Assembly: GCF_001194135.2 (NCBI RefSeq)
Contig: NC_068982.1
Location: 177,017,102 to 177,081,101, forward strand
Origin: Octopus bimaculoides
Taxonomy: Eukaryota
Length of the DNA stretch: 64,000 bases
Direction of reading: 5' to 3'
The notes beneath the pieces are model-generated. The model ran no database searches, was not told the DNA's origin, and saw only the letters and a program-made list of their open reading frames with translations. A program made the position numbers and the translations under genes. Shown in pieces: positions 14,301-26,886 of this stretch (its first letter is position 1; the number at the start of each line of letters is the position of its first letter).

Positions 14301-15155
14301 GCAAGAAAAAAGAGAATTCAAGAAGGAAGTTGATATAGTTATCCCACCAAGTAATACAGTTTGAACAACCAATGCCAATTAATATTTTAGTCATGCTCAT
14401 ATTTTCATGACTATCGGTACCACACTTCTATATGTTTATATGTATATACCTATAGCTATCATCCATATGTGCGTATGTATGTATTTTTGTATGCATGTAT
14501 GCATATATGTGTGTAAATATGCATACGTTTATGTTTATAAGCAGATTTGTATGTTCTAGCTGCTCTTGTTGATTAGCCATTGCCAGATCTGAACAAGTAG
14601 ACTCATCACTAAGACGTAACTTCCATAACATTCTATTTTGTGTATAACTAGGAATATAATGTCGCATGCGTCTCTCGTTTTCCAAGAGAGTAGGGTGGCA
14701 TCTAAGGAAATTATGATTGTTATTTTTGCAAAGTTTCTCAACCACATAAAGAATGTTTCTAATATGCTTTCTGCAACAAATATCACAGGAATTCAATCAT
14801 GGAAGCTGTCTTTTACACATAGCATTACACAGAACTTCAGTTGATTTATATCCATTTAAGAAGCGCATGTGTAACTCCACTTTCCGATTTATGCACGCAT
14901 TACACCAATACTGGCTAATGAGTTAAGATTTTACATATATAACTGCCGTTATAATTTAAAGCATTCTTCTCTGTCGTTTCTAATCTCACACTCTCGCACG
15001 TATGACACCTCATCTACCTCACCAACCATACACATCGTTGACAACGTGCAGCAAAAAGGTTGCAAATCTGTATACAAAGTCCATAAAAATATTATCCAAT
15101 AGAGGTATGGCAGGAATGGCAGTAAAGACTTATTTACATGCATAGGGAAATATTC

Positions 15156-15231
<76 letters not shown>

Positions 15232-15284
15232 CATACATACATATATGTGTGTGTGTTTGCATATAAGTATATATGTATGTAAAG

Positions 15285-15333
<49 letters not shown>

Positions 15334-16589
15334 CGCATGTATGGATGTATGCATGTATGGATGTATGCATGTGTATATACAGATATACGTATTCGTGCAT
15401 ACACTCACATGAAGAGATACATTTATGATCAAGGAATACCACTCATCAAAGATGTAAAGACACCTCTAGAAAAACACACGACAGAAACATATCTAGGCTC
15501 TCCAGGTGTCAGGTCTACTCAAGCGTCAACTGTAATGGCCAACACAAACTTACTTCGTTCGGGAATTGTCAATTCTCTTATTAAGACCTAATAATACATC
15601 AGTATAAAAAATATTATTTTCAAGAGCCTTTCCATATTTGTAGAGGAACAAATTCCCTAAGCATTGTATATATACAAATTAAGAAAAGAGAAAACATTCC
15701 ACCGGTTTGCAAACCTTTCCTCGCCAACTTGTTCTGTGTGTGTACGTGACTAATGATTCCATGTATTGGAGACATTTTCTATGCAGGTTTTAATAATACG
15801 TTCAGACTTGTAACTTTCAAAGGTACATGGCCTATACAAGTTACAATTCAGGGCAATAGAACATGAGGAAAACAGAAAGAAAAGCGAGATAAATGTGGAT
15901 GCAATATTCGGACGGGTGAAAGAAATGGAAAAAAGGAAGGAAAAAGAAGAGTAAGAGTTATGTCCCTTTTGAGCGTATGCAATAAACCTGGTTGATGCAG
16001 AATCAACGGAAGGGGTTCAACGTCCGAGATACAGCTGCTCGATCCGGCTACGATGATGTTCTCTAATTCTTCAAAAGAAACAGCAAATGTATGCATTTAC
16101 TGAAATTTGCAGATCCAAAATTCAGCAGCGCGGTGAAATACTTTGATCTAAAAAAGATTTGTCATCTCTCAGCTATGCATAACTTACACTTGTTAGATCC
16201 ATTAACATATGGCATGGAATTTTTCTACGATTTTCCTCTTGACGGTGTATGGTGTGGAGTCTGTCATCAAACCTCATACGTGGCTAACAAACTTGGTGTA
16301 GGATCTCTTATATTCCTTCCCATGACTTTGATCCTCTATGTTCCTGCAGTAATGCTTCACTTCTACACACATCAGCTTAATTCGATTCGTCCTTAGTCGA
16401 AAAACACCTGTTCTTAATATTCTCTTGTGTGTATTTGTAATCGTTTACCATTTCTCCGTTTTTTTTTTTTTGTTTTGTTTTTCATCCTCGTTTTCGTACA
16501 CATTCGCTTGGTTTCTCCCAAAGAAACTCTCAGAAGCAACTCTCAGCACACCCAATCTGATATATCATTCAGCGATATATATTAGCCGC

Positions 16590-17222
16590 TATTACAAACA
16601 ACACAGCTGCAGACCCCGATAGGTTTTCTGCTGAAGTTCTGAAGGAGTAATGTCATCCACAGGCATTCTTTTAGCTATCCTCTAGAGGAAATCACTGGAC
16701 GCTGGCGAAATTCCCGAAAATGTTATCCCAGTCTATTCTCTCGATTTATATATAATGTAACATATGTAACAAACAGCTGAGAGTGAATTACCGACCGATC
16801 TCACTTGCTTCATATACTACCAAATTATTTGAGATAGTGATGAGACCTCGAGTAACTTCCTAGAAAGTAACAGTGTATCCATTCCCGACCAGCTTGGTTT
16901 CCGCAATGCCAGTGACTGCCTAACGCAAATCCTGTATCACTTCGTTTACATCTGAGAGGCTCTGAAACCGAACTCCAATGAAGATATCATATATCTGGTC
17001 TTCAAGAAGGCCTTCGACGAGGCTGAATAAAGCATCCTTTAAAAAAAAAACTAGCGAACATTAGAATCCGTAGCAAACTATTAAACTGCACTGAATATTT
17101 TTCGGTAAAGAGAACCTGGCATTTCGTGAGAGCTGGTGCTCGATCAAGCTCGGCAGAAGTCATTAGTGGAGTCCCTCAAAGCACTGTACTGAGCCCATTC
17201 CTTTTCATAATTTACATCAATG
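16590..17222 (+). mobile_element. CR1/L2-type LINE reverse transcriptase fragment
   Basis: Patches NYRPISL, QLGFRN..DCLTQ, IIYLVFKKAFD and SGVPQSTVLSPFLFIIYIN are RT motifs up to domain 4; multiple stops and frameshifts. Confidence 0.85.
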
Positions 17223-17593
17223 TATGCATTTATATATTTTTCTCCATTTGTGTGTGTCTCTCTGTCTGTCTGTCTGTCTGTGTATGTGTCTGTGTGTGTA
17301 ATGAGAGATATATGTATTGGTTTCTATATGTATGTGTCAGATGCGTGTTTTCAGTTGTTTTGTTTATGGATATATGAAACTAAGTTATGTAAATATATAT
17401 AATCATTCCTTACTTGAAAGGATATGTTTTCTTCTTGTTTGCCTAAGGAATAACAAATAATCAGATTTGCTTTGGCTTCACATGGAAAGTAAGTTATTGC
17501 AGAGTATTTTATATTGTGATATCTCTTTTAATAAAATATACATCTTCTTATGGTTCAAAATCATCGTCTTGAAAATTGTCCACACATTAGACT

Positions 17594-17627
<34 letters not shown>

Positions 17628-18339
17628 AACGCACACATTTATGTATGGCTATATTTTATGTATCTATGTCTAAATAATATATATACATATATATATATAT
17701 ATNNNNNNNNNNNNNNNNNNNNNNNNNNNNNNNNNNNNNNNNNNNNNNNNNNNNNNNNNNNNNNNNNNNNNNNNNNNNNNNNNNNNNNNNNNNNNNNNNN
17801 NNNNNNNNNNNNNNNNNNNNNNNNNNNNNNNNNNNNNNNNNNNNNNNNNNNNNNNNNNNNNNNNNNNNNNNNNNNNNNNNNNNNNNNNNNNNNNNNNNNN
17901 NNNNNNNNNNNNNNNNNNNNNNNNNNNNNNNNNNNNNNNNNNNNNNNNNNNNNNNNATATATATATATATATATACATAGATACGACTTTGTGTGCGTAC
18001 ATATCTCTATATACTCTAACCTGAATAAAACTTATTCAATACAAAAAGTTAAAGTAATATAAGAAATATACAGTTAAAACAGAGAAATCTTACATGAATT
18101 TCATTTCACCCAATGTAGAAAAGTTAATGTAACTCCTCTGTAATACCTCTTATACTTGTATTCTTTCAATGCCCGTTTTGTGTTTCCAATGGTTGCGTGA
18201 TATCTATTGGTGTCACCTGATTCTCAAAAATTCCTCTTGCTAATGAATCTTCTCTTTGATTTCTGTATTGCATAACTTCTGAAATTTCATGAAATTTCTT
18301 CATAAAGATAGAGTAGTAATTTACCATTACTGTCTACCG

Positions 18340-18760
18340 GTTTATGTGCACTTACGTCTGGTAATTCTCCTTTCTTGAGTCAACGCTTGAGATCCAATTA
18401 TGTACAAGGGTGATGTAACAGATTCGAATGGAGCAACAAGGGCATATATCAGAATGACGGGTAATACATTGAAAGAAAGACATACGCCACATTTTGTTTC
18501 ATTCAGAAACAAAAACAACATCCCTATCCAATATTGTATGGACATTGAAATAGAGAATCGTGTGCACCGGCCACATAACCTGGGGCAATGTTGCTAAGGC
18601 CAACAAATACTAGGGCCTGGGCAGCAAATGCAGGCTTTGCATCACTTAAAAAATGAACATTTTAAATATTTGAGATGAAACATTCTTTATCTGAATGCAA
18701 AGGCGACATTATCTATTCAAGCAGTCTCCACCTACGTTGCGAACCCTTCATACTGGATAT
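18340..18760 (+). mobile_element. Penelope-like element GIY-YIG endonuclease fragment
   Basis: MYKGDVTDSNGATRAYIRMTGNTLKERH..H..SFRNK, then in another frame SLSNIVWTLK..ITW..KANKY..GSKCRLC. Same domain layout as 63180-63543. Confidence 0.75.
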
Positions 18761-19029
18761 GTCTTCTCTCTAAACAGCAATAATATACATTATGAAAAGT
18801 TTATGCATGAAAGACAAATGCCTCCATAAATTTACGTTGAGTACCCCATCACACAAATATATATGGGTACCACACATATCCATGACATTATAACTTATGA
18901 ACCCATTTCATATATAATAATAACCATATATAAAAACAGGAAGATAATAAACTAGAAGTTGTTCCCTTCTTATGAATATTTGTTTACGTTTCTCCAAAAC
19001 CGCTTTCGAACTCACAATTCTTAGGAGAT

Positions 19030-19250
19030 CGAACTGGCAGAATTGTTAGCACTCTGGAGCAATTGCTCAGAGTTATTTTATCCGGCTTTCCATTCTCAGT
19101 TTACATTCTGCCGAGATCGACTCTGCTTTTGTTCTTTCAGAGTTGATAAACGAAGTTGGGAACTAGGCTCGATGTGAAATACGTACTACTTCCTCCTAAA
19201 ATTGCTGGCATTGTGTCAAAATTGAAATGCGTAACTATTTACAAATCATA
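19030..19250 (+). mobile_element. Degenerate tRNA-SINE, family A
   Basis: gaactggcagaattgttagcac...ttacattctgccgagatcgactctgctttt...gttgataaa...aaaattgctggcattgtgtcaaaattgaaa aligns by eye with the 25881 and 58480 copies. Confidence 0.65.
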
Positions 19251-20112
19251 GGCTGGGCCCATCTCTTTTCTCTCTCACTGATCCTCGTTGTGTCTCATTC
19301 CCTTTCTACCTCTCTCTCTCTCCCTCTCTCTTTCTCCTCCTTTTTGTATTTGTCGTACTGATCTCTATAAAATTGTCCGCGATTTTAATGAGGCGCTAAT
19401 TTTTTTTCTTTCTTTTTATGAATATGCACTTCAGATATTTTCATGATGCACTTCAGATGAGGTTATAATTATGAACATGCCTTAACTCATGGAAGCATGT
19501 TTAACATTGCAATTATAAAATATAATATTTATAAAAACATAAAATATCAAGTTGATTTATTTCTCTGCTGTCGTAGAAATGTAAATGCCATGCACTTAAA
19601 ATATATTATTAACTATCAAGAGCAAAATAAGCCGGATTGCAAAATATATTTAATTCTTGTTCTGCATAATTATCAAACAAAACACGTACTCAACGCGCAT
19701 AAATCGAGACTGAATTAATGGAGGAACACGCAAATTATTATCAACAATTAATAATAATCAAAAAATTAGAATTTAATTAAACTTCCTGAAATAATATTTA
19801 AAGGGATTTCTTGATCATGATCGAGTTCAAAATGCGGTAAAAAAATCGCAGGATTAAGCAAAAGTTATATTCTTCATTAGCAGAAGACATACAAAAAAAA
19901 GATAGAATGTTGAAAAGTTTTACCTGTTCACAATATGACACTGGAATGACATCCGTTCAACTTTTAGCTTATCTGTGTACGTGTGCGCGTGTGTTTTTGT
20001 GTGTGTGTGTGCGTGCATGTGCTTGCGTGCGTGCGTGTGTTTGTGCGTGTATGTGTGTGTGTGTGCGTTTGTATGCATGTAGAAAGAACCTTGCTGCTTG
20101 TGGAGCAAGAAA

Positions 20113-21080
20113 GAAATGTTTGGTGTATCAAGAAGTACTCTCTCGAAAGTAATGACAGCCTTTGAGAAAGAGGGAAAACCTCCACGTCGAAACAAAACTC
20201 CAGAAGAAAACCACAACTTTCAGATAGGGACCTTCGGACTCTTACGCGAATTGTTAGAAAGGATCACGAAAGTACAACTCCCAAAATTACTGCAGAGCTT
20301 AATGACCACCTCGAAGACCCAGTTTCCACAAATACTGTTCACAGGAAGCTGCACAAAGCTGGATTTCTTGGGAGGGCTGCAATCAGAAAACCACTACTTT
20401 CAAAAACAAACGTTGCAAAGCGTTTAGAGAGGAGTAAAAACCTACAGAATTGGTCTCTAGAGCAGTGGATGCATGTTTTCCCGGACGAGTGATCATTTAC
20501 CTTATTTCCGACCACCGGTCGAGTAAACGTGTGGGGACATCAAAAAGAAGCATTTGATCTAGACTGCCTTCTTCCAACTGTTAAACATGGAGGAGGATCT
20601 CTGATGATCTGGGTGGTTATATCTTAATTCATCCCTTCATGGCAGAATTAATAGTCAAGACTATTTAAGCATTTTATCTGATCACATTCATCCTATGGTT
20701 GTGGAATTGTTTCCGGAGGGAAACACAATCTTTCAGGATAATAATGCACCAATTCACATAGCTAGAGTTGTTACTGAAAGGCACGAGGAACATTCTAGTG
20801 AAGCTGAATATCTTTTCTGGCCACTACAGTCCCCAGATCTCAATATTATTGGACATTTATGGTGCATTTTAGAAAAACAAGGAGTCGATATTCCCCACTA
20901 TAATCACTACAAGAACGGGAGACTGTTTTATCTGAAGAATGGACAAATATTCTTTTGGAAACAATTGAAACTTTGTACGAGTCCATACCTCGCAGAATTC
21001 AAGCTGTAATTACTGCCAAAGGCGGTCCAACCCCATATTAAAATAAAGTTGTTTGAAATTGTAAGGTGTTTCCATAATTA
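20113..21080 (+). mobile_element. 5'-truncated Tc1 (DD34E) transposon
   Basis: EMFGVSRST HTH patch, then FPDE, TVKHGGGS.MIWG, FQDNNAPIH, WPLQSPDLNIIGHLW and RRIQAVITAKGGPTPY* (stop 21039-21041); partial right TIR. Frameshifted, and the catalytic E appears mutated to G. Confidence 0.9.
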
Positions 21081-21999
21081 GATTGACACATAATTAGAAA
21101 TAGAAAGATACATACATCATATACAAATTTCGCATCACCAATTGTGAGCATTAATATAAAAGAGGGAAATGCATAGTTATTTGCTATGTATTATCACAAT
21201 TACCGAATTTATGAGGTAATATTTATACCATCGTTGCAGTTATTAGCGACATGATTTATATGACATAGCAATGAAAATAGAAAACTGCCTTCCGTAGCAA
21301 TTTCATTGCTCTGAACTTTCAATTTCTGTTTCTACCACTTCTTATTTCAGGATACACAGATAGATGTAAGCCTTTATTTGGCTTCTTTATCCAATTACTT
21401 GTTAACAGCAGGTAGGCTGTCTGCTTAAGCGAGAATTGTATGAAAGTTTAGTTAATTGATAGAAAGCCAGTACTAAGCGGTAATGGCTAGCTTGCATATG
21501 GAGCTAAAATAAGAAATTTCATTTGTAGATCTTGAGCAGAATAAGTATCTTAGATATTCATTTTATTGTTATAGTGATAACATATTCCTTTGCACGAATT
21601 CCATTTTATTCTTTCGCAGAAAGTTTAATTGCAAAAATTCCTAATGAAAATTAAAATTGCGCAGGTTATCTCTCGTTTATCATATTACACCTACCACAAG
21701 AAATTTCTTTCGGTGTAAACGATTATATGACACAGTAGATATTAACAAAGAGTTTCGTGCAATACTAATCAATATATTTGGAGGACAATTCTTTGTTCAA
21801 AATATAAAACCTTGAACTGTGAGCCGAAAAGCCTATGCTTAGTAATCCGTCATTGATTACCTTCATTATTGAAAATTGAAGTAAAGAGTCAACGCGTAGT
21901 TAAATCACTCAGCAGCAAACAACATAAACGACATGTGAGTTGCTTTTACTAACCGATCTGCGCTCCTTTTAAGTAATTCGAAGTATTTACAAGATAAGG

Positions 22000-22240
22000 T
22001 AAGCCTGCGTGAAGACATTGAATGATATGATGTTCAAAATATTTTGATATAGTTCGCTCATTTGTTTTCACATTTGCTCCGAACTTATGCGATTTTCTGG
22101 GTTTTCTTCCAAATCAATGTTCTTAACTAGTCCCCTAATTACTGATGGTGGATGGTTAGATCCAGCGTTTATGTATGTTAGGCTCTCATTAGGTTTATGA
22201 AACCCTTATTGCCACTGCGGAGTTCCTGAAATAGATACAA
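22000..22240 (-). mobile_element. Penelope-like RT thumb fragment
   Basis: FHKPNESLTYINAGSNHPPSVIRGLVKNI matches the PLE motif Y.KP....YIN..SNHPP.I (compare 61820-61900). Confidence 0.7.
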
Positions 22241-22450
22241 CGATTTTTTGAACTTCCTGTAGGGATGGTAAGCCTGGTATCATTTTCAAATAGGTTTCAG
22301 TACCTTTTTTTTCACCAGCTTTTCTTTCATAAAAATGGATTTGGCACACTTTTCAAGGTCAAACTCCATCCCGATATCATCACTGAATCCTTTCACAGTA
22401 TGTAGCAGTCTTTCAAGCTCTTCGTCATCTTTGCCATATGGTTTTAAATC
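22240..22450 (-). mobile_element. R4/Dong-like RT fragment fused to a duplicated RLE piece
   Basis: DDLKPYGKDDEELERLLHTVKGFSDDIGMEFDLEKCAK (RT domains 5-7). 22240-22312 duplicates 22688-22759 with 2 mismatches. Confidence 0.8.
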
Positions 22451-22641
22451 ATCTTTATTATTATGATGTTGTTTTTTCTTCTTTCTTCAAATTTTCTTCC
22501 ATTTCTCGCCGAGTGTTTTCCATACACCTAGGGCAAAGAAGCTCATTGCATGCATTCCCAGTTTACACACGCAAATTCACAGGTAAAATATGTATTAAAA
22601 AAATAATAATAAATAAATAAATTCATGAATGGATGTTGTTT

Positions 22642-23423
22642 TCACAGCGATAAAGCTCTTCTCAGTACATGAGTCATTCCGGTTAACACGATTTTTTGCA
22701 CTTCCTGTAGGGATGGTAAGCCTGGTAACATTTTCAAATAGGTTTCAGTACCTTTTTTTATCATTCCTAGAGATCCTACAATCACTGGTACGGTAGTCGC
22801 CTTGAGGTGCCACATTTTTTCAATTTCTATTAACAAGTCTTTATATTTACTGACCTTGTCAAATTCTTTCGCCGCTATATTTTGATCGCAAGGAATACTC
22901 ATGTCGATTAACAAACACATCTTCTTTGTCTGATCTTTTATAATAATATCCGGTTTATTACCTTTTATAGTTTTGTCGGTATGTACGGGGAAGTCCCAGA
23001 GAATCGATACATTTTCTCCCTCAGTTACAGCTTCAGGGTGGTGTTTATACCATTTGTCAGNNNNNNNNNNTCAGTTACAGCTTCAGGGTGGTGTTTATAC
23101 CATTTGTCAGCGGTTTTGATTTTGTAATGCCGACATATTGTCCAGTGTAAATACTGGCCGACTCTGTCTTGTCTTGCTTTATATTCTACACCCTGAGATA
23201 AGGTGGTCTATAGTTTCAATCGCATCGTTACAGAATCGGCATTTTGGGTCAGCTCCATTTTTTTTTTTCACATTGGCTTCTTAGTTCCGGGTTAATAAGC
23301 TTTGGTCTTGAGTAGCTAATATGAAACTTCATTCTCTGCTTTTAGCACTGAGCTTTGTAACCATTGATGCGTGTGTTTCTGGTCGACATCAGCTTGTTTG
23401 CTACGATTCACATACTTGCTATG

Positions 23424-23424
<1 letters not shown>
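22642..23424 (-). mobile_element. 5'-truncated R4/Dong-type non-LTR retrotransposon (zinc knuckle plus RLE)
   Basis: HSKYVNRSKQADVDQKHTHQWL, CRFC..AIETI, HWTICRHY, WYKHHPEAV, ILWDFPVHTD, NKPDII and CLLIDMSIPCDQNIAAKEFDKVSKYKDL...RRALSL*. Confidence 0.9.

Positions 23425-23489
<65 letters not shown>
23425..23489. repeat. (TAT)n microsatellite
   Basis: Pure run abutting the 5' end of the minus-strand RLE element. Confidence 0.95.
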
Positions 23490-23490
<1 letters not shown>

Positions 23491-24741
23491 CACACACACT
23501 CACACACACATATAATTGTCCTGAATTTCTACTGTATCTGGGATAATGATATCTATTCTATTTCTTGATAGAGTAGAAATTCAGGACAATTATGTGAATT
23601 CTAATGTTGGTTAATTTGTAGACGATTTTGGGGTCACTAGTGATGAACCGAGCATATTTGCAACGGTGGCGATAAAAGCCCTCCAAATTGCATTGCCTAT
23701 CCCGCAACATACCTGGTTATGCCCACATTCATCAACATCGTTTTTTTTTCTATGTTAAGCATCATTTGTGACTATTTATCTCGATGAGAAAACTTTGCAT
23801 TCTGTCATGAAAAATAGAAAACTCCAGTGTGATTAATGACTTGGTATCAAACAATATATTATTTCCCCATCCTTAAACTCTAGGAAAATGAAATAATTAA
23901 ATACTAATAAGTCGCAAAAACCTATTAACCCCTATTGCCCCATAAAAGCAGATATTTTTTTCTCATTTCAAGAGATCTATCATTAAATTTTAGGTCTATT
24001 TATATTTCAATAGATTTACGATTTTCCATTTATATTCAGAAGTGTATTATTAGATGGTCAAACAGGTCCAGTGAAGCATTTCGATAAAGATATTGTGCTA
24101 AAGAGTTTATAAATACTAATCGGTTTCCGGTCTTTAACTGTACTTATTTCACTTTTTGTCTCTCTACTTCCTTCTCTCTCTGTCTCACTCATTCTATAAT
24201 TCTCTCTCACACTCACGCGCTCACTCACTCATTCTCTCTCACTCTCTGTCTTTCTTGTATGAAGGTGAATTTATTTAGCTGCTTATGTGAACTTTTAATC
24301 TGCTCTTTAATAAAATCATTATGTACGTTTAAAGTATCAGATTTGTACACGTTTCCGAAAATGATTATTGTGATGGCACACAAATTTAAATATGTAAATA
24401 GCGCCAACGCTGCAGCACATTCCATCAAGAGCAGAAAAAACATAGTAAGATTGATATTTTTTTCTACAATAGTCACAATGCCAATATTAATAATAATAGT
24501 CTTTTATGCTATAGGCACAAGGCCTGAATTTGGCTACTACTACCATCATTGTTAAACAAATCTTCATCAGTGACCTTTTTGAACAGGATGGGCTACTCGA
24601 TCTGAAGATGTTGCGCGCATATGTTTGTTATGCATGTGCCTGGTGTACTCTTATCAGGCGTGTTGTCATGATGGGTATATTGGAGTTCGTATATTTGTAC
24701 CCCAGTATCACTCTTATGGCATGCGCTGCTATCTCCCTCAG

Positions 24742-24750
<9 letters not shown>

Positions 24751-24817
<67 letters not shown>
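24751..24817. repeat. (AAT)n microsatellite
   Basis: Pure run abutting the 5' end of the plus-strand RLE element. Confidence 0.95.
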
Positions 24818-24818
<1 letters not shown>

Positions 24819-25420
24819 GGAACACAAACCACCCCCAGTACTTGAAAATGATCACATCGCACTCCTCTGGAACTTCACTATTCAAACTGACAGAAAGATA
24901 GATACAAACAGGCCAGACATCATACTGAAAGACTTCAGACAAAAATCATGCCTCCTCATTGATATGACTGTCCCAGTCGATATAAACGTATCTGTCAAGA
25001 CCTACCAAAAACTGAGTAAATATAAAGATCTTGAAATAGAAATTAGCAAAATGTGGAATCTGAAGACGAAAACAATACCTATTGTCATAGGTGCCCTGGG
25101 AATGACATCGAAACGGGCTGATTACTACCTAGCTCAGATACCAGGAAACCCCAAAATGGCTGAAGTTCAAACGATTGTGCTCATGGGAACTGCCCATATC
25201 CTACGTAAAATACTGTCTATGTGATCTCAAATGTTAAAACAAACACATAATTTTCTTATGGTTTCTTAAACATTCTCTAGAACAACACTGTACAAATCCA
25301 AATATATGGTACCCTACGCATAACACCTACATGAACTTCTAACTTGTTGTCTCTTGAGGTCTCTGGGTGAGACTTGGATCCAACTTGTACAAATGCAAAG
25401 CAAAAGTCAAACATAAAATA
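24818..25420 (+). mobile_element. 5'-truncated R4/Dong-type non-LTR retrotransposon (RLE domain plus 3' UTR)
   Basis: WEHKPPPVLENDHIALLWNFTIQTDRKIDTNRPDIILKD..CLLIDMTVP..KLSKYKDLEIEISKMW..RKILSM* (stop at 25224); the 3' UTR ends in (AAT)n. Confidence 0.9.
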
Positions 25421-25467
25421 ATAATAATAACGACAATAATAATGATAATAACAATAATAATGATAAC

Positions 25468-25642
25468 CCTTTCTACTATAAACTCAACACTTGAAATTTT
25501 GAAGGAAGGGTTAGTCGTTTACATCGACCTCAGTGCTCAACTGGTACTTATTTTACCAGCCCCAAAGGGATGAAAGGCAAAATCGACCTCGGCGAAATTT
25601 GAACTCAGAGCATAAAGACGAATGAAATATGGTTAAGCATTT
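25468..25642 (-). mobile_element. tRNA-SINE, family A
   Basis: tacatcgacctcagtgctcaactggtacttatttt...gatgaaaggcaaaatcgacctcggcgaaatttgaactcag. Confidence 0.85.
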
Positions 25643-25880
25643 GTACGTCTTTATGCACTAAATGAAATGATGTGACATTGTCATCCCATTTAACCATAAT
25701 ATTGCCAGGGACAAGGTCGTACATGATTGAAATGAGAATTACATATGATCGGAAGTTGAAAAAACATGACAGACAACTCAACGCAGATTCTTAAGTATCC
25801 GACTCAGGGCACTTTTAATTCACTAATACATCTTGACACAATAATCTCTACAACAACATACAATATATTCAGTCGTCTAA

Positions 25881-25994
25881 GGCGGCGAGCTGGCAGAAAC
25901 GTTAGCACGCCGAGCAAAATGCTTAGCAGCATTTCGTCTGTCGTTACGTTCTGTGTTCAAATTCTGCCGAGTTCGACTTTGCCTGTCATCCTTT
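25881..25994 (+). mobile_element. tRNA-SINE, family A, 5' half
   Basis: ggcggcgagctggcagaa (A-box-like) ... gttcaaattctgccgag (B-box-like); truncated after catccttt. Confidence 0.85.
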
Positions 25995-26584
25995 ATTGTA
26001 TATAGTTTTAATCAGAATACAGCGGGTGTAATTCTAAGTTCTTCTTCTTGAGTAAGTCGGTACATCTGGAATACTTTGATAGACAGCGTGATCATGTGTA
26101 GTTGTTTGTTGCCAAACGGTTTTTATGAAGGCATGAAGGGAACTGAATATTCAAATTTTCCTGTATTGAGTATGAAGTAATATGGTTGCTCTGACAAAGT
26201 ATTTCTAACTACCTACTTGGACCGCCAGTTCAAGCACATCGACGGCCGCTAATTGTATCTATTTGAAGAGGAATGTATTCTTCAAGCTTTCGTTTATCTG
26301 TCTACTGAGAATACATGCCAAAGCGTCTTGGAAAATTCCTTGCCATATAGATTGGTATCATATCGAAAAGGGAGTTTGTCAATTGCTTAAGTCTACAGAA
26401 GCCAGAGTTAATTAACAGCTCAAGAAAACCTTTTGCTGCGTGAGAGGATTACATTTTAAATGCTATGCATTATTTCGTTAAAATATGTCTTGTGGGCCGA
26501 TTGGAACTGTTGTATGGGCTTATAATGTTGATAGATTTATAAATCTTCCTTATTGATTCAGTTGATATTATCTCGCTCTACCCT

Positions 26585-26590
26585 TCTTCT

Positions 26591-26622
<32 letters not shown>

Positions 26623-26886
26623 TTCTTCCCCTTCTTCTTCTTCTTCTTCTTCTTCTTCTTCTTCTTCTGCTTCTTCCCCTTCTCCTCCTCCTCCTCCTCC
26701 TCCTCATTCTTCTTCTTCTTCTTCTTCTTCTTCTTCTTCTTCTTCTTCTTCTTCTTCTTCTTCTTCTGCTTCTTCCCCTTCTCCTCCTCCTCCTCCTCCT
26801 CCTCCTCCTCATTCTTCTTCTTCTTCTTCTTCTTCTTCTTCTTCTTCTTCTTCTTCTTCTTCTTCTTCTTCTTCTTCTTCTTCTTC
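26585..26886. repeat. (CTT)n/(CCT)n compound trinucleotide tract
   Basis: About 300 bp of near-pure pyrimidine; accounts for the poly-L and poly-R ORFs 26553-26954. Confidence 0.95.

Noticed and set aside
15848-16622. ORFs upstream of the CR1 RT fragment
   Set aside because: No motif I can assign; may be decayed LINE linker but unsupported.
23021-23110. 40-bp direct repeat around a 10-N gap
   Set aside because: Identical sequence on both sides of a placeholder gap, i.e. unmerged contig overlap.
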